Shown here piece after piece: positions 39,188 through 52,131 of a stretch of 64,000 bases of DNA. Each line of letters starts with the position of its first letter. Position 1 is the first letter of the stretch. A program made the position numbers and the translations under genes. The notes under the pieces are model-generated. The model saw nothing but the letters and a program-made list of their open reading frames with translations. It did not search any database and was not told the DNA's origin. The stretch lies in contig NC_068991.1 in assembly GCF_001194135.2 (NCBI RefSeq), positions 54,102,140-54,166,139 of the forward strand, given 5' to 3'. This DNA comes from Octopus bimaculoides. Taxonomy: Eukaryota.

Positions 39188-39400
39188 TGTCCCTTTGTGA
39201 AAGATAGACTGGTCTGAGTAAAGTATAAATAGTAACGATCCGAGTGAGTTTGAGAGTTCGGAGTGAACTGAAGTTCGTGTTAGTTCGCAGTGAAGTCAGG
39301 AGTCGGTTAGTTCACAAGGAATATTGATTGTTAGTTCGTTACATTGTTTTTACTGTTGTCTTGTTATCTTATTTATTGTACATAACAAATTATGTTACAA
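39188..39400 (+). mobile_element. Possible solo-LTR remnant
   Basis: TATAAATAG at 39224 followed by repeated AGTTCG/TAGTT blocks; no coding part or second LTR seen. Confidence 0.3.
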
Positions 39401-40770
39401 GAAAAGATTATCTCCTCCCCACCCCAACACACACTTTTATCAAGAAAGAAAGAGAAACAATGTAATAAGACTTTATCACTTTTGAGATGATTTTTTTTTA
39501 ATGATATTTCGTTATGTACTTGATGTACTTGCTTAACGAGTAATTTGATCTGAGACTGTGTTGTAACTAAAGCAGTTATAATGCAGAAGACACATATTAA
39601 CCATTCAGAAACACACAAAAACTGTTCAGTTTTTGTGTATTTTTGAATGACTAATATGTGTCCTCCATGCTTTCTTTTATTGTTTCACTTTTAGGGGTTC
39701 CAGGCATTGAACTGCAACCATGTTGTCCAATGCTGCAGGTTTTGGTCAATCAAATCAACCCCACTACTTACTTTTTTTAAAGCCTGTTACTTATTCTAGC
39801 GATCTATACTTTTGTTGAGCCATTAAGATACAGGACATGAACTAACACCAGCTGTCAAACAGTGTCCCTGTAAAGACAAAATAAGGCTGACAATCATAAA
39901 CATATAAGTATGAATGCATACAGACATGTACATGCATGCATACACAGTCACACACACAACAGGCTTCTGCACAGTTTCTGACTACCAAAATTCACTCATA
40001 GTGCCTGACTCAAGCAGAAGACACATGCCCAATGTGCTACACAGAGGGACTGAACTCAAAATCACATGGTCTGAAATTGGAATTCTTAACCACACAGCTG
40101 TGACAGCTTCAAAATGTAAAGTTATTTTATTTAACATAAAGTAGGATATTAAGGGTTTCTTTATTGCATTACAGTAGATGATCTGCTCTTATAGCTGTTA
40201 TATAACATTCTATGTTGTACATGGCATTAAAGAGTTTCAAAACAATTTAGAGTTCAAAATTGAGATATATATTATACATGCTAGCATATTACACATGCTG
40301 GTGTATTATATATATATTTTACTGTAATTTAGCATTGATCATTTGAATGTAGTGGAGAGCATGAAAGGTTTGTCTACTAATGTGCTAAATTTTGTTTGAT
40401 ATAACAGTTGTTTATAGTTGGTCTGCACTGATAACATTTAAGACAATAATATTATTATTGTGTTTAGGGCAACAAGCTAGCAGAAACATTAGCATGCTAG
40501 GCAAAATGCTTAGCTGCATTTCACTTGTCTTTATGTTCTGAGTTCAAATTCCGCTGAGGTTAACTTTTCCTTTCATCCTTTCGGGGTTGATAAGATAAGT
40601 ACCAGTTGAGCACTGGCGTCGAGGCAGTCAACTTGCTCCTTCCCCTGAAATTGCTAGCCTTGTGTCAAAATTTGAAATCGATATTGTTATTGTGTTTACT
40701 TGTCTGATTTTGTTGAAATCACTTCAGAAATGTTTTATTATTTCTATTTGTTTCTTTTTGCAATTCCTAG

Positions 40771-41031
40771 GGCCCACCACCTGACCCTGCCTACAACTTC
40801 CTTGCAGATAGACGCCGTGAAGGTCCTGGTTATGACCGAGGTGACAGGGATGGAGGAGGAGGAGGTGGAGGAGGAAGCAGTGGCAGTGGCGGGAGAGGAG
40901 GAGGAGGAGGGGGAGAATGCAGCAACTTAAAAGATAACCGTGCAAAAGATGTTCGCAGGCACCCAAAAAACTATGGTGGAATTGATTTTCAAAATGTGAA
41001 ATCAAAAATGAAAGCTGCAAGAGATAGACAG
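40771..41031 (+). CDS. CCDC9: CCDC9-like exon with Gly-rich tract (GPPPDPAYNFLADRRREGPGYDRGDRD-G8-SSGSGGR-G6-ECSNLKDNRAKDVRRHPKNYGGIDFQNVKSKMKAARDRQ)
   Basis: cctag acceptor, CAG|gttagg donor, 261 nt, phase 0-0; contains the NFL.D.RR and RRH..N.GG.DF motifs of CCDC9. Confidence 0.93.
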
Positions 41032-41779
41032 GTTAGGATACAATTTATCATTGAAATTCCATTCAAACAGACATTGCTTTATTACCCATTTAATAGCTAA
41101 TTATTCCATTTTAACACTTTTTCTCACTGCTTATTTCTTACAACTTCATGTTTAATACAGTTGATGTTAAGTAAATTAAAATCATTTTTCTTCGTCCAAA
41201 CACCCAACAAATCCGAAAGGTACTGGAATCACAATATATTTTGGTTGGTGCTAGATTAAACTTGTAATTTGGAGAAATATTTTTGCTCACATATCTGTAG
41301 AAAGTAGATTTATGAAGAGTATGAGAGAAAAAATATAACTACCTCAAAGTGTTCAAAATATTATTCCAAAGTCAATTAGAATTAGTTTCTGGAGTTGAAA
41401 GCATGAAAATCACATTTTGATAAAAATATATTAAAATTAAACTTTTAAGAATTTTCTACTCAGTGTTGACTTACTTCAAGTAAAAAGTACCTATTTTAAA
41501 CTAATTAATAAGCAGCTTTCTTTATTTTTGTAAAAGTTAGTTTCAAAGCTTGTTCTCGTCTCTTGAGATCTATTTCCTTACCATCTTATTCCACTCCATT
41601 TTTGGATAAAATCAGAAAGAGGTTGTGTAAAACGTTGTGGAAATTCAAAAGTTAAAGCTAAGTTTCAGTTTTAACACTGCAAAATTTTTATACTTGGTAA
41701 ATATTTGTACCATTCATTGATATAGTAACATAACACAGTTAGAAGGATCCAGTGTTATAATCATCATAAAATATATTTG

Positions 41780-42060
41780 ATGATCTCATGATAACCAGAC
41801 TGTTGTTTTACATCGCTGGTCACAATATACTATATATTGTTTTAGCTTTCAAGTGATGCTATTTCATTGGCTAGGCAAGTAGGCCAACATCCAACCTTGA
41901 TTAGAAGGCTAGGTCATTGCAGGGTTACCCACTTACAGCTAAGTGGACTGGAGCAGCATGAAATGAAATGTTTTGCACAAGAGCATAACATACAGCTGGT
42001 CTGAGAATCGCAAGATTATGAGTGCAATACACTTAACCACTAGGCCACTTGCCTTCACAA
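41780..42060 (-). mobile_element. tRNA/CORE-like SINE, same subfamily as 61003-61290 (+)
   Basis: Shared head and body (GGTAACCCTGCAAT, GAAAGCTAAAA, CAGTCTGGT). Confidence 0.7.
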
Positions 42061-42427
42061 ATATGTTGATGATTTCTAATTTTGTAGGAGAAAACAGTTG
42101 ATTCAGTCAATCCAGTAATTGACTGATATTTATTGATCCTGAAAGAATAAAAAAGTATAGCTGATTATGGCAAAATTTAGTGACACTAAGACATGATTAA
42201 AGCATTATGTTAGGCACTTTGCCAATTCTCTGTCCAGTAAAGTAAGTAGAGAATATGATCAATTTACTTATTAAAAGTAGATATTGCAATGCTTTCAGAA
42301 ATTTTCAGATGAATAAATATGAACTATAGAAAAATATATTTGGAAAGTAACACATTTATTGGCTGTGAAGTCAGATTTATAGCTAGGAACCTTAAATTTG
42401 ATTTTATTTTTCTGTTTCTGTTAATAG

Positions 42428-42609
42428 AGTTTCAATTCTACTCCTCCGACAAAAATGGAGATGTCTATATCGATGACAGGTCGTGAGAGACGCCAATATA
42501 TGGAATGGAAAGCAGAGAGAGACCGAGTTGACAAAGAAAGAATTGAGAGACAAAAATCTGCTTCAGGAGAATGGCGAAGAGAATGGGATGCTGAGAAGCA
42601 TCAGCAAGA
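42428..42609 (+). CDS. CCDC9: CCDC9-like exon, conserved core (SFNSTPPTKMEMSISMTGRERRQYMEWKAERDRVDKERIERQKSASGEWRREWDAEKHQQ)
   Basis: aatag acceptor, GA|gtaagt donor, 182 nt, phase 0-2; contains the hallmark SMTGRER and WRREWDAEK motifs. Confidence 0.96.
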
Positions 42610-45329
42610 GTAAGTTGTAATTATTTGATAATGTATTAAGGTTCTGAACTTCATATGTTCTTAGAAGAAGAATTTCAACATTTGATGATGGTTCCCCATA
42701 ATAAGCACTGGTGTTAGTGCCACATTAAAAGCATCCAGTACACTTTGTAAAGTGCTTGGCATCCATCCGTAGAAACCATACCAAAAACAGACTATGTTAC
42801 CTGATGCAGTTCCTGTCAAACTGTCCAACCTATGCCATCATGAAAACAGACTTTAAATGACGATGGCAATGATAATGATGACGATGACGATGAGGAAGAG
42901 GATTTAGACAGTACTTTGTCAGAAAGAGAAAATAATTTTTGTGCCCTTTATTTATCACAGTGTGAGTAACTAAAACTTCTTCAGCTGAAGCACTAATTTG
43001 TGACTCTTAGCACCTTTTAATAGGCAAGGGACACTAAAAAATCATCTGAGGAAAGCAGGAGACATATTTTGGTGCTATTAGACTATTTCAACTAAAGCGT
43101 CTTTTGTACAGTTGGCAAAACTAAGAGTGATCTATATATATATATATATATACAGAGAGAGAGAGAGAGAGAGAAAGAGAAAGAGAAATAGGCAAATGTA
43201 GCAATCCTGAATATGAATATCAACAATGCAGTTGAAGGACAGTACCTCAGGAGAGCTGTCTATAATATACACCTACAGTAGGGCCTCACATTACACCAAT
43301 AACAACACATGCACTAGCTCAATATCACTTCATTATTGTTAGTTACTGATTGATTGTTTAACCAACACCTTAAATGATCGATTAGTTAGTTAGTTAGATA
43401 TTTAACCAATTGACTAACAGTAAAGAAGTGATACTGAGCTAGTGTGTTGTTATTATTATTGGTGTAATGACCCTCCCAAGACCCAACAAAATATCTTGAT
43501 TTCTGTGTAAAATAATTGTAATATTTAAAAATAAGTTTTGACATGTATCATCATCCTCATCATTTAGCATCCATTGTCTATGCTGGTATAAATTGGATGG
43601 TTTGACCAGGGCTAGTAAGCTGAAGGGCTGAACCAGACTCCACTCTGATTTGGCATGGTTTCTACATCTGGATGCCCTTCCTAATGCCAGCCTCTCCAAG
43701 AGTGTAATGAGTGCTTTTACATGCCAACGGCATGGGTGCCAGTTGCATGACACCAGTATCTGCCATGACTACAATTTCACTTGGCTTGATGGGTCTTCTC
43801 AAGCACAGCTTATTGCCAAAGGTCTCGGTCATTTGTCATTGCCTCTGTAGGGCCCAATGCTCAAAAGGTGCTTTTTATGTGTCACCAGCACAGGTGCTAG
43901 TTACGCGACACCAGTATTGGCCGCATTGCTTCTGTGAGGCCTAACACTCAGAAAGTGCTTTTTACATGCCATCAGCATGGGTGCTAGTTATATGACACTG
44001 ACAACGGCCACAACAATCTTAATATATAATTTTTACTTACATATTCACATAAAAATTTTGAAAGTCTGTTTTTTCTTTCCCTGTTTCTTAAATTAAATCA
44101 CAACTACATTTACATATTTCCCACTTGGTTATTGTCTATATAAAATCCCAAGATGTTGATTACTATTGGATACTAAGTATCATTGCTAGATATTTGATAC
44201 TATCATTAGCCCTTTGCCTGTCCAAAGCATATTTATAAATTTATCCTGACTGTCCATGCTTTTTCTAAACTTTTAGCTGGCTCTTGTTTCGTATGTTCTG
44301 ACTAATACATAGCTTTCCTTTCATAAGTCCCAAGTTATTCTGGCTGTTGAAATAAATTGGGAATGTGTGTCATATATGATGCATGGATGGCAGGGAAATA
44401 TGTGCTGTGCATCACATGGAATACACAGGACAGGTAAACGGTTCAAGCAATATTTTTACTATCAATTCTTAGAAATTTTCAAGTGTATATTATTTTGGAA
44501 AGATTGTGTTTTCTCTTATCAAAGTTTATTCCAGCTCATGACTAACTAATGATTGAATGTGCATAAGAATACTGGTAATTCTTATCTAAAAGACTGCAGA
44601 AAAAGGGCTATTAATTTTTGTATATATTTTTCTGTTTAATTTTAATGTAATCTGACATATTTCAAGGCTTAGATTAATCAACATGAAGACAGACTATCAT
44701 TAAATAAGATATAAAATTTTTCAGGTGCATTGTCAATCAACAGTTCAAACTAATGCAGGTTTCCCCAATGTAAGTGACATGTCTTTTACAATGTCTCTGG
44801 ACTTCAAAGCATGGTTTCTTGACCTTTAGATTTATAAAAAAAAAAAAAGCTGATTTTGGTCATGTATCTATTTTTCTTCATTTACCCTTTCTTTTTAGCA
44901 TTCTTATTTATTGTGCCTAGTGGTATTCTTATAGTAAAATTTATGTTTCATTGTTCATTGTTTTTTTAGTAAATATTTTTACATATGTCTTTATTTCTTC
45001 AAGTTAGTACTTTTAGTTGCAACATTTTATAATTTTGTATTGTGTGTCATGATTTCTGTGGTTGACTTTCATTTTCGTTTTGTTTTTCTTGTTTACGATG
45101 TCACTTAGCAATTCTATTTGGTATCTAGAATAAAATTTGCCTGCTATTTTAGTATACAGCAGACTGTATTATTAATTTATTAAGTGTTTGTTATAGCAGA
45201 CTTGTGTTGTAATTGTTTTCTATGTTAACTTGAAAACTTTAGTCTTTTCTTTTCTTGATGTGTTCATATTTTTACTAATAATTAAAAAAAAGATGAGGGG
45301 AAATGGTTGATGGGGCAGGGAAGATGCAG

Positions 45330-47300
45330 GTGGGCATTTGTATGGAATTCTTGCCCATACCTTTCCTACATACTGAGCAGGGCCATTTACCTGATTGGAG
45401 TAGGGTCCTGTCTGTTTTCTTACTTAATAGAACCTAGGTCTTTGCTAAGTTAACTTTAAAGCCTTTTGATTCCAGGTTTTGCTTCCACACCTAGAATTTC
45501 TTTTCTAGTTCTGTTACAGAATTTGTTATGAGAGCAAGATCATCAGCATATAACAGTTCCCAGGGGCAGCCAGTCTTGAATTCCTCTGTTATGGCCTGGA
45601 GGACAATGATGAATAGCAGGTGACTGAGAACCAAACCCTGATGAATACCTGCCTGTACACTAAATTCATCACTGTACTCCTGATAAACTCTCACCTTACT
45701 GACAAAATCTCTGTACATGGCTTGTACGGTTTTCACAAGCCACTTGTCAACCCCTAGCTTCCTGAAAGCCCACCATATCACACAGCAGATAGCCTGTTGA
45801 GGGCTTTCTTCAAGTCAACAAACACCAAGTACAATGGTTCGTTCTTAACCAAATACTTCTCCTGCAGTTGTCTGACTATACAGATAGCATCAGTAGTGCT
45901 TCTCCCCAGCACAAAGCCAAGTTGCAATTCATCTAATCGGATTCAGTTTGTAATTAACTGAGCTATAACTCTTTCCATGACTTTCATGACCTGGTCTAGC
46001 AATTTGATGCTTCTGTAATTACTTCTATTTAAGGCATCTCTTTTACCCTTGTAGCAGCTGACTGTAATGTTGCTGCACCAGTCATCAAGGATAACACCTT
46101 CCTGAAAAACCTGATTAATTATACAGGTGACTAAATTGTGTCCTATTCTGCCAGATATATTTAGCATTTCAGTGGTAACTCCCAATGGACCAGTGGTAAC
46201 TTCTTAATTGCCAGTCCTTCTGTTGGCTTCTCATAGGGGAGACTACCTGTCTCCCATTCGTTCTCCACATTTAATAGTTTCTCATAGTAACACTTCCACA
46301 CCTCTTTCTTTTCAGTGTTACTAAGTGCAAGAATGCCATTATTCATCCACTCTTCTCTGACACACTGTCTAGCAATCCATAACACATCAAGTTTCTGATG
46401 TTCATACAGTAAGAGATTGGCAAACCTCTTCCTTTCTTCTTCTGCCCTTGCTAGATAATCCTGTCTCTTAGCTTCCCTTTAGGCTACCTGGTACAGCACT
46501 TTGCTGCCTCCATTTCTCCAATCTATTCAAACCTGTCTCTTTGCTTTTATGGTTCTATCTATCACACTGTTCCACCACCAAGTCACAACCTTTAGAAGGT
46601 TGTCCTGTAAAAACTTCCAGTTGTCCTCTACATTATACATCACAACCTCCTCTTTTTCATCATATACTTTAATCATGATATCTCCAAATGTCTGACCGCT
46701 TGATGGTTCTTTGAGCTTTCGTAATTTCCTTTTCCAAACTGGTTTGCATTGTTGTGTCCATCTAGCTCTAAGTCTGAAGTTGCTAACCACTAACTTATGT
46801 TGAGCTGTACATTCCTCACTGGAAAAGGACTTTGCATTTATAAGCATCTCTTTATCTCTGTTTCTGATATGGATGTCGTCAATCTGGCTTGTATGCCCAC
46901 CAGACTTACTATGGCATCACCACCCATGCTTTTTGTTGTGACTCCTGATTCCCCACCTCTTGACCAGACCAAGCCTGAAGATAATGGGATCCCTGGGTTG
47001 CAATGTGCATTCAAAGTGTCAATGTTCACTGAATCCTGCAGTTCACGTGGATTGCTTTGCTCTTCATCTATGGACGAGCCAAGTGATCCCCTGTCCAGGG
47101 TTATGCTACTACTACTATGTTACACCTGATTATTTCAGTCTGTACTTGCTATGCAGCACAAACAAGGGATAGTGACATGGCAGCTGTAAGGTCAAGCATC
47201 TGCAAGGGAAGAGAAAGAAAAAAAATAAAAGGATAGGGTGACTGTTGTAGGTCAGCATGCAACTGTCATCGCTCGCCATGACATCTGGGGCGAATCGTCG
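45330..47300 (-). mobile_element. Decayed RTE-clade LINE (5' UTR, internally deleted APE, RT), 3'-truncated
   Basis: Minus-strand peptides SGGHTSQID, EECTAQHKLVV, YKGKRDALNRSNYRSIKLLDQVMKVMERVI, GIHQGLVLSHLLF, LLYADDL, SKGFKVNLAKT and SGKWPCSVCRKG; frameshifts and stops. Confidence 0.95.
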
Positions 47301-48084
47301 AGGAGGCCTCGGCAGATGTATGTAAGGAAAGAGCAAAATGAAACAAAGGCAGGCGTGATTTGCAGAAGTTAGAAATATTTTGTCATTAAAAGTTAACTGA
47401 TGACTCTAAATATTCAAACTGTTACTTCTTACCTGAACAATTTAAACCAAACAAATGGAAGATCATGTTTGTTACTAATTGTCACTTACTTACTGCCTCT
47501 ATTGGAAAATACTACTACAAATAATATAGATGGTTGACATTTGTGAGAGTGAAAAGGAATGGTAAGACAGAATTCAATTCATGTTATGAGTGAATAATCT
47601 TTTGAGATAAGTGCAGGTATGGCCATGTTGTAAAGAAGTCACTTCCCACCCACAGTTTCAAGTCCAGTCCTACTTGGGCAGGTGTCTTCTATTACAACCA
47701 GCCAAAGCCTAGTGAGTGGAAACTAAAAGTTTGTCATGTGTATATGTGTTTGAAAGTGCTCATATACTCTTGTCAGGACTTCACACAATAGTTACAAACA
47801 GGTGTCCCATCATACAAGTCAACCAAAAACAAAAATTCAAAATTCAAAGTGGTGATGAAAAGATAAGCAAAAAGCAGTTTGAAGTTCAAAGAAATTATGA
47901 AGAATATAGAACTTATCCACTCTCAAAATATACTAGAGTAATATCTGGCTTTTTAAAAAACATGATTGGATCTTATAAAATGTTTTTTTACAATGTAAGA
48001 CTGAAGATAAATGTATTGAAACTTATCAGACCAAAAATGTATTTATTAGGAATTGTTTTCATTTTATTTATTTATTTGTTTTAG

Positions 48085-48134
48085 GTATGAAGAAAATTCA
48101 AATGCAAGACGTCAGGAGTTATCTCGTCGACCAG
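48085..48134 (+). CDS. CCDC9: CCDC9-like exon (E-YEENSNARRQELSRRP)
   Basis: ttttag acceptor, CAG|gtaaat donor, 50 nt, phase 2-1, matching both neighbours. Confidence 0.85.
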
Positions 48135-49836
48135 GTAAATATCTTTTACTTCTCATAATTCTGTAAACACGTTCATATTATTTTAATGTCTGATAGCTTG
48201 AGTCACACATTTCTTTTGTGCCATGGTTTCTATGAGACAGTTACTTGTTATTTAGTAGTCAATTCATTTACTTTTACAGCGGCAGGATGTCTTAGCAATG
48301 CCTTCTTATGATTTATGTTAGGCTTGTTTAAACATTTAGAGATATACCTAAAAACATACAGCATTTTAACTTCAAGGCAAAAATTGTTTTAGCCTTGAAC
48401 AGTTGATAACGCATTATGAAGCATATGCCTTGTACTATAATATTTGGGGCAATGCATCCCTAAATACATTTTAGATCACAAACAGACTGACTTGCAAACC
48501 AATATTCATACACTTTATAAGCACCAACTCAAGTTGAAGTTTACTCTCTTCCACTAAAAGAGGTCTCTATTTTTCTGGAACTATTAGAAGTCACCTCCTC
48601 TTTGTAAACACCTTTTCTTCATCATCCAATGTAAATGATCTTACCTCTTGGACTCTGTATTAATTATATTGATTATAATTATATTTTTCTTTCTCTCTTA
48701 AACAACCTCCATCTGGAACTTGCACCCTACTTAAACATTTCCTTCATCTTGCCACAATAAACTGTACCAGCCTTACTCAGTTACTTCAATCTCTTTATCT
48801 AAGACAACCTAAATAGGTTAGGGTATTTTGCTGTCATTTCTCAGTTTAACATTACAAACATAACAAGAGTTATGAATATTACATTACTCATAAAAAAATT
48901 ATGAGTGGAAGAGTGGGTGAATTTGAATATTTTTGGTTTATGAAATGAAAACTTGAAGCATTAAATATAAACAGTGATGGACTTTTCTGTCATCCTGTTG
49001 AGAGTTCCACAGCTTCTTACTGGACAACCAACACAGATCATTTGCTTATAGTGATCAAATGCTTGCATTGTGCATTAGCTCACTCACTCCAACAGATCAA
49101 CATTGCCTGTACAGGTACAAGGCATGCCACACATCAAATATCAAAGTGATCACAGAGCTGTGTAAACTTATGTGTTTTGCTCAAGAACACAACACATGGC
49201 CTGGTCCAGGAATCGAAATCATGATCTTGTACTCATGAGTGAAACACCCTAATCACTAGGTTACACACCTTAATGTGTAATGAAATATAACTAATAAAAT
49301 ATAAATCTTGCAGAAATTTATATTATAATGAGGAGGAGAAGACATAATTCCAGCATAGATGTTTCAAATCTGATGATAAAGATTTAAGAACCTCTTTCAG
49401 CAGTCAGTTTCTAGTTGTAAAAGTTTGAATAAATACATTTTTGTTATTCTGTACTAGATGTTTTAGTTGTTTAATCTATGATCATAGCATTCTGTCTATG
49501 GCCATCCCATCTCAGTTTCAAACAGTGTATCTAGGACTACAATATCCAATGTGTCCTTCCTCTTTTTTTTTTTTTCTATGATGGTACGGTTTGGTTTGAC
49601 TGCTTGCTATCTCTAACAGATCAAGTCTCAGTGTAGAGGCTCCCCCTGTTAAACGTCATTTAATACTGAAGTTCTTAACATTTCTGTAAAATCCCTTGAT
49701 AGAAACTAAATACCATTCCAGTAGATGTTTGAATGCTTTTTGCAGATGAAGCTTTTACATTCACATTCTTTCCATATACTGAATAAATACACTGTAATCT
49801 TCTAAGTAATCTACTAAGTCTCATCATCATCATCAT

Positions 49837-50051
49837 TTAACCCTTTAGCATTTAAACCAGTTGTATCTGGCCAAAATATTCTACCTGTTTTTATAACTTT
49901 ACACCAGCCAGATCTGGCCTCTCATACACCCCCTGTAATGTTATTCTAAAAGTAAACAGTCACATCATCAAAATCTCTAAGATAGTGCATGATTAGTTCA
50001 AGACAGTGTGAATAAATAAGCATTCAGACTAATCTGAATGCCAGCAGTTAA
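49837..50051 (+). mobile_element. TTAA MITE nested in the tail of an RTE 3' repeat
   Basis: catcatcat-TTAA[MITE]TTAA-tgtctgtttctatgctagcatg. Confidence 0.8.
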
Positions 50052-51150
50052 TGTCTGTTTTCTATGCTAGCATGAGTTGGATGATTTGACAAGGGCTAGC
50101 AAGCCAAAAGACTGCATCAAACCCCAGTGTCAGCTTTGACATGGTTTCTACAGCTGGATGCCTTTCCTGATACCAACCACTTTACAGAGTGTGCTGGGTG
50201 CTTTTTTATGTAGCACCAGCACCAGTGAGTTCAAATAACTTGCATGACAAGATGCTTCAATTGAGGTGGGGGGATAGTACTGAGGGAGGTGACTTAATGC
50301 CAGGTGATGAGCGGTTAAACTATGATAGAAGCATAGAAACAGGTGTCTTTCTGTAGGGTTAGATACAGTAATGAAAACAGATGTGTTGATTTATTGGAAT
50401 GTAATTTTTTTAGTAAAGATCATAAATTAATAAGTTATTGCTCAGCCCTGCCCCTTCTTTATATTGATTATCTAATCACAGTGATTACAAGTGGTCTCAA
50501 AGGTGGAAACTCAAAGAAATGGTCATTTAGAAAATCTATTTTTTTCTCTGATCACAAGTTAGTTATAGAAGTAAGCTGGTTGATTGCATACAGCATTAGA
50601 TAACCTGCTCAAAAGTCATGAGTTTAGATGATCTGTTGCAGGTGTTTTATTGGAGTTCTGAGCAAACATTGTAGTCTACATTGCCTGAGTTCATCTAGCT
50701 ATCAATTACCAGATCTGGAAAGTTACCTGTGATAGGCTGGTAGGAAGATTTGTTAGTTACTTGCTTAGTTGTATTAAATCTGATCTAAGCACTCACCCTC
50801 AACAACCCTTGTGGCTCAGGATGATGGAATGAAAAGATGGATGAGGTATATATTATGTATTAAAGAATGAATAAAGAACTTAATCCTTTAGCATCTGGCC
50901 AAAATACTCTACTTGTTTTATGCTCAAACCGACTGGACCTGGCCTCTCAAACCCAGCCTTCAATGTCATTCTAAAAGTAAACGATTACATCATTGAAATC
51001 TTGAAGTTATAAGATAATGCATGAATAATTTCAAAGTAGTGAATTAATTAGCATTAAATTTGACAGAGTAATCTGAACACTAATAGGTTAAGGTATCGAG
51101 TTTGTTCTAGGCTACTGCAGAAGCTTTTGACACATGAAATTTTTGCCTCC

Positions 51151-51226
51151 CAGAACCTTGATATGTCTAAAATATATGAAAGGAGTAGCAGAACCTTGAT
51201 ATGTCTAAAATATATGAAAGGAGTAG
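51151..51226 (+). repeat. Perfect 38-bp tandem duplication
   Basis: cagaaccttgatatgtctaaaatatatgaaaggagtag, two copies. Confidence 0.95.
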
Positions 51227-52131
51227 TAGTACGTGACTACAAAGCTTAGAAAAAGAAAAGAAATGGAAGTCAAGTGTTCAAATCCCATTGGCGCCTCTTC
51301 TTGTAACTTAGCAGTTCAGCAAAGGAGACCAACAGAATTAGTACCAGACTTTAAAAATAACTACATGAGTTGATCTGGCTAAAAGCCTTCAAGGCAGTGC
51401 CCCAGTACGACCATAGTCCAATGATTAAAACAGGTAAGAAATAAAAGATTCAGTTTCAAGTCGTGCTACTTGTATGGAAAGCTGACTTTATTTGCATAAA
51501 CCAGGTTTATTTAAATTAAGCTTCACTTCTTCCCTGAGTAATTGTATTTAATAAGATTATTGAAGAAATATTCAAAGTTTCCAGTCATCTTTTATCTTTT
51601 ATTTGTTTCACTCATTGTACTGTGGCCATGCTGGGGCACTGCTTTGAAGGGTTAAGCAAATTGATCCCAGTACTTATTTTTGATACTTACACTATCAGTC
51701 ACTTTTACCTAACCACTAAGTCACGAGGATGTAAACAAACCAACACTGGTTGTCCAGCAGTAGGTGGGTTGTGGTATTCACAAAGATAGATGCACGCACT
51801 CATAAATACATATATGCATACATGACGAGCTTCCACACAGTTTCTGACTACCAAATTCACTCACAAAGCATAGGTCAGCCTGGGCTGTAGTCGAAGACAC
51901 TTGTCCAAGGTGCTACACGATGGGACTGATCCTGAAACCATGTGGTTTGCTAAGTGAGTTTCTTAACCACACAACCTGGTTGAAGATTAAATTTTGAAAA
52001 ATTACTTGTTCATTTCACATGAAAAATTAACTAAAACCATGTTTTCAAGTTAACAATATTGAAAACAAGGTTAAATGTAATTGACTAGCCTCTCCCCAAA
52101 ATTTCAGACCCTGTGCTTATAGTAGAAAGAA

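Noticed and set aside
40700-41020. Acidic poly-Glu ORF (40700 +) and antisense ORF (40724 -)
   Set aside because: Alternative readings of the GGA-repeat Gly exon; the true frame is fixed by splice phase and CCDC9 motifs.
3998-45330. Idea that the RTE body (45330-47300) and RTE tail (3430-3998) are one interrupted element
   Set aside because: They are 41 kb apart with conserved host exons between them; independent insertions are far more parsimonious.
47260-47325. HDV-like ribozyme in the RTE 5' UTR
   Set aside because: GC-rich hairpins and a GCGAAT motif are present, but I could not assemble the P1/P1.1/P2/P3 double pseudoknot on either strand. A descriptor search on the family consensus would be needed.
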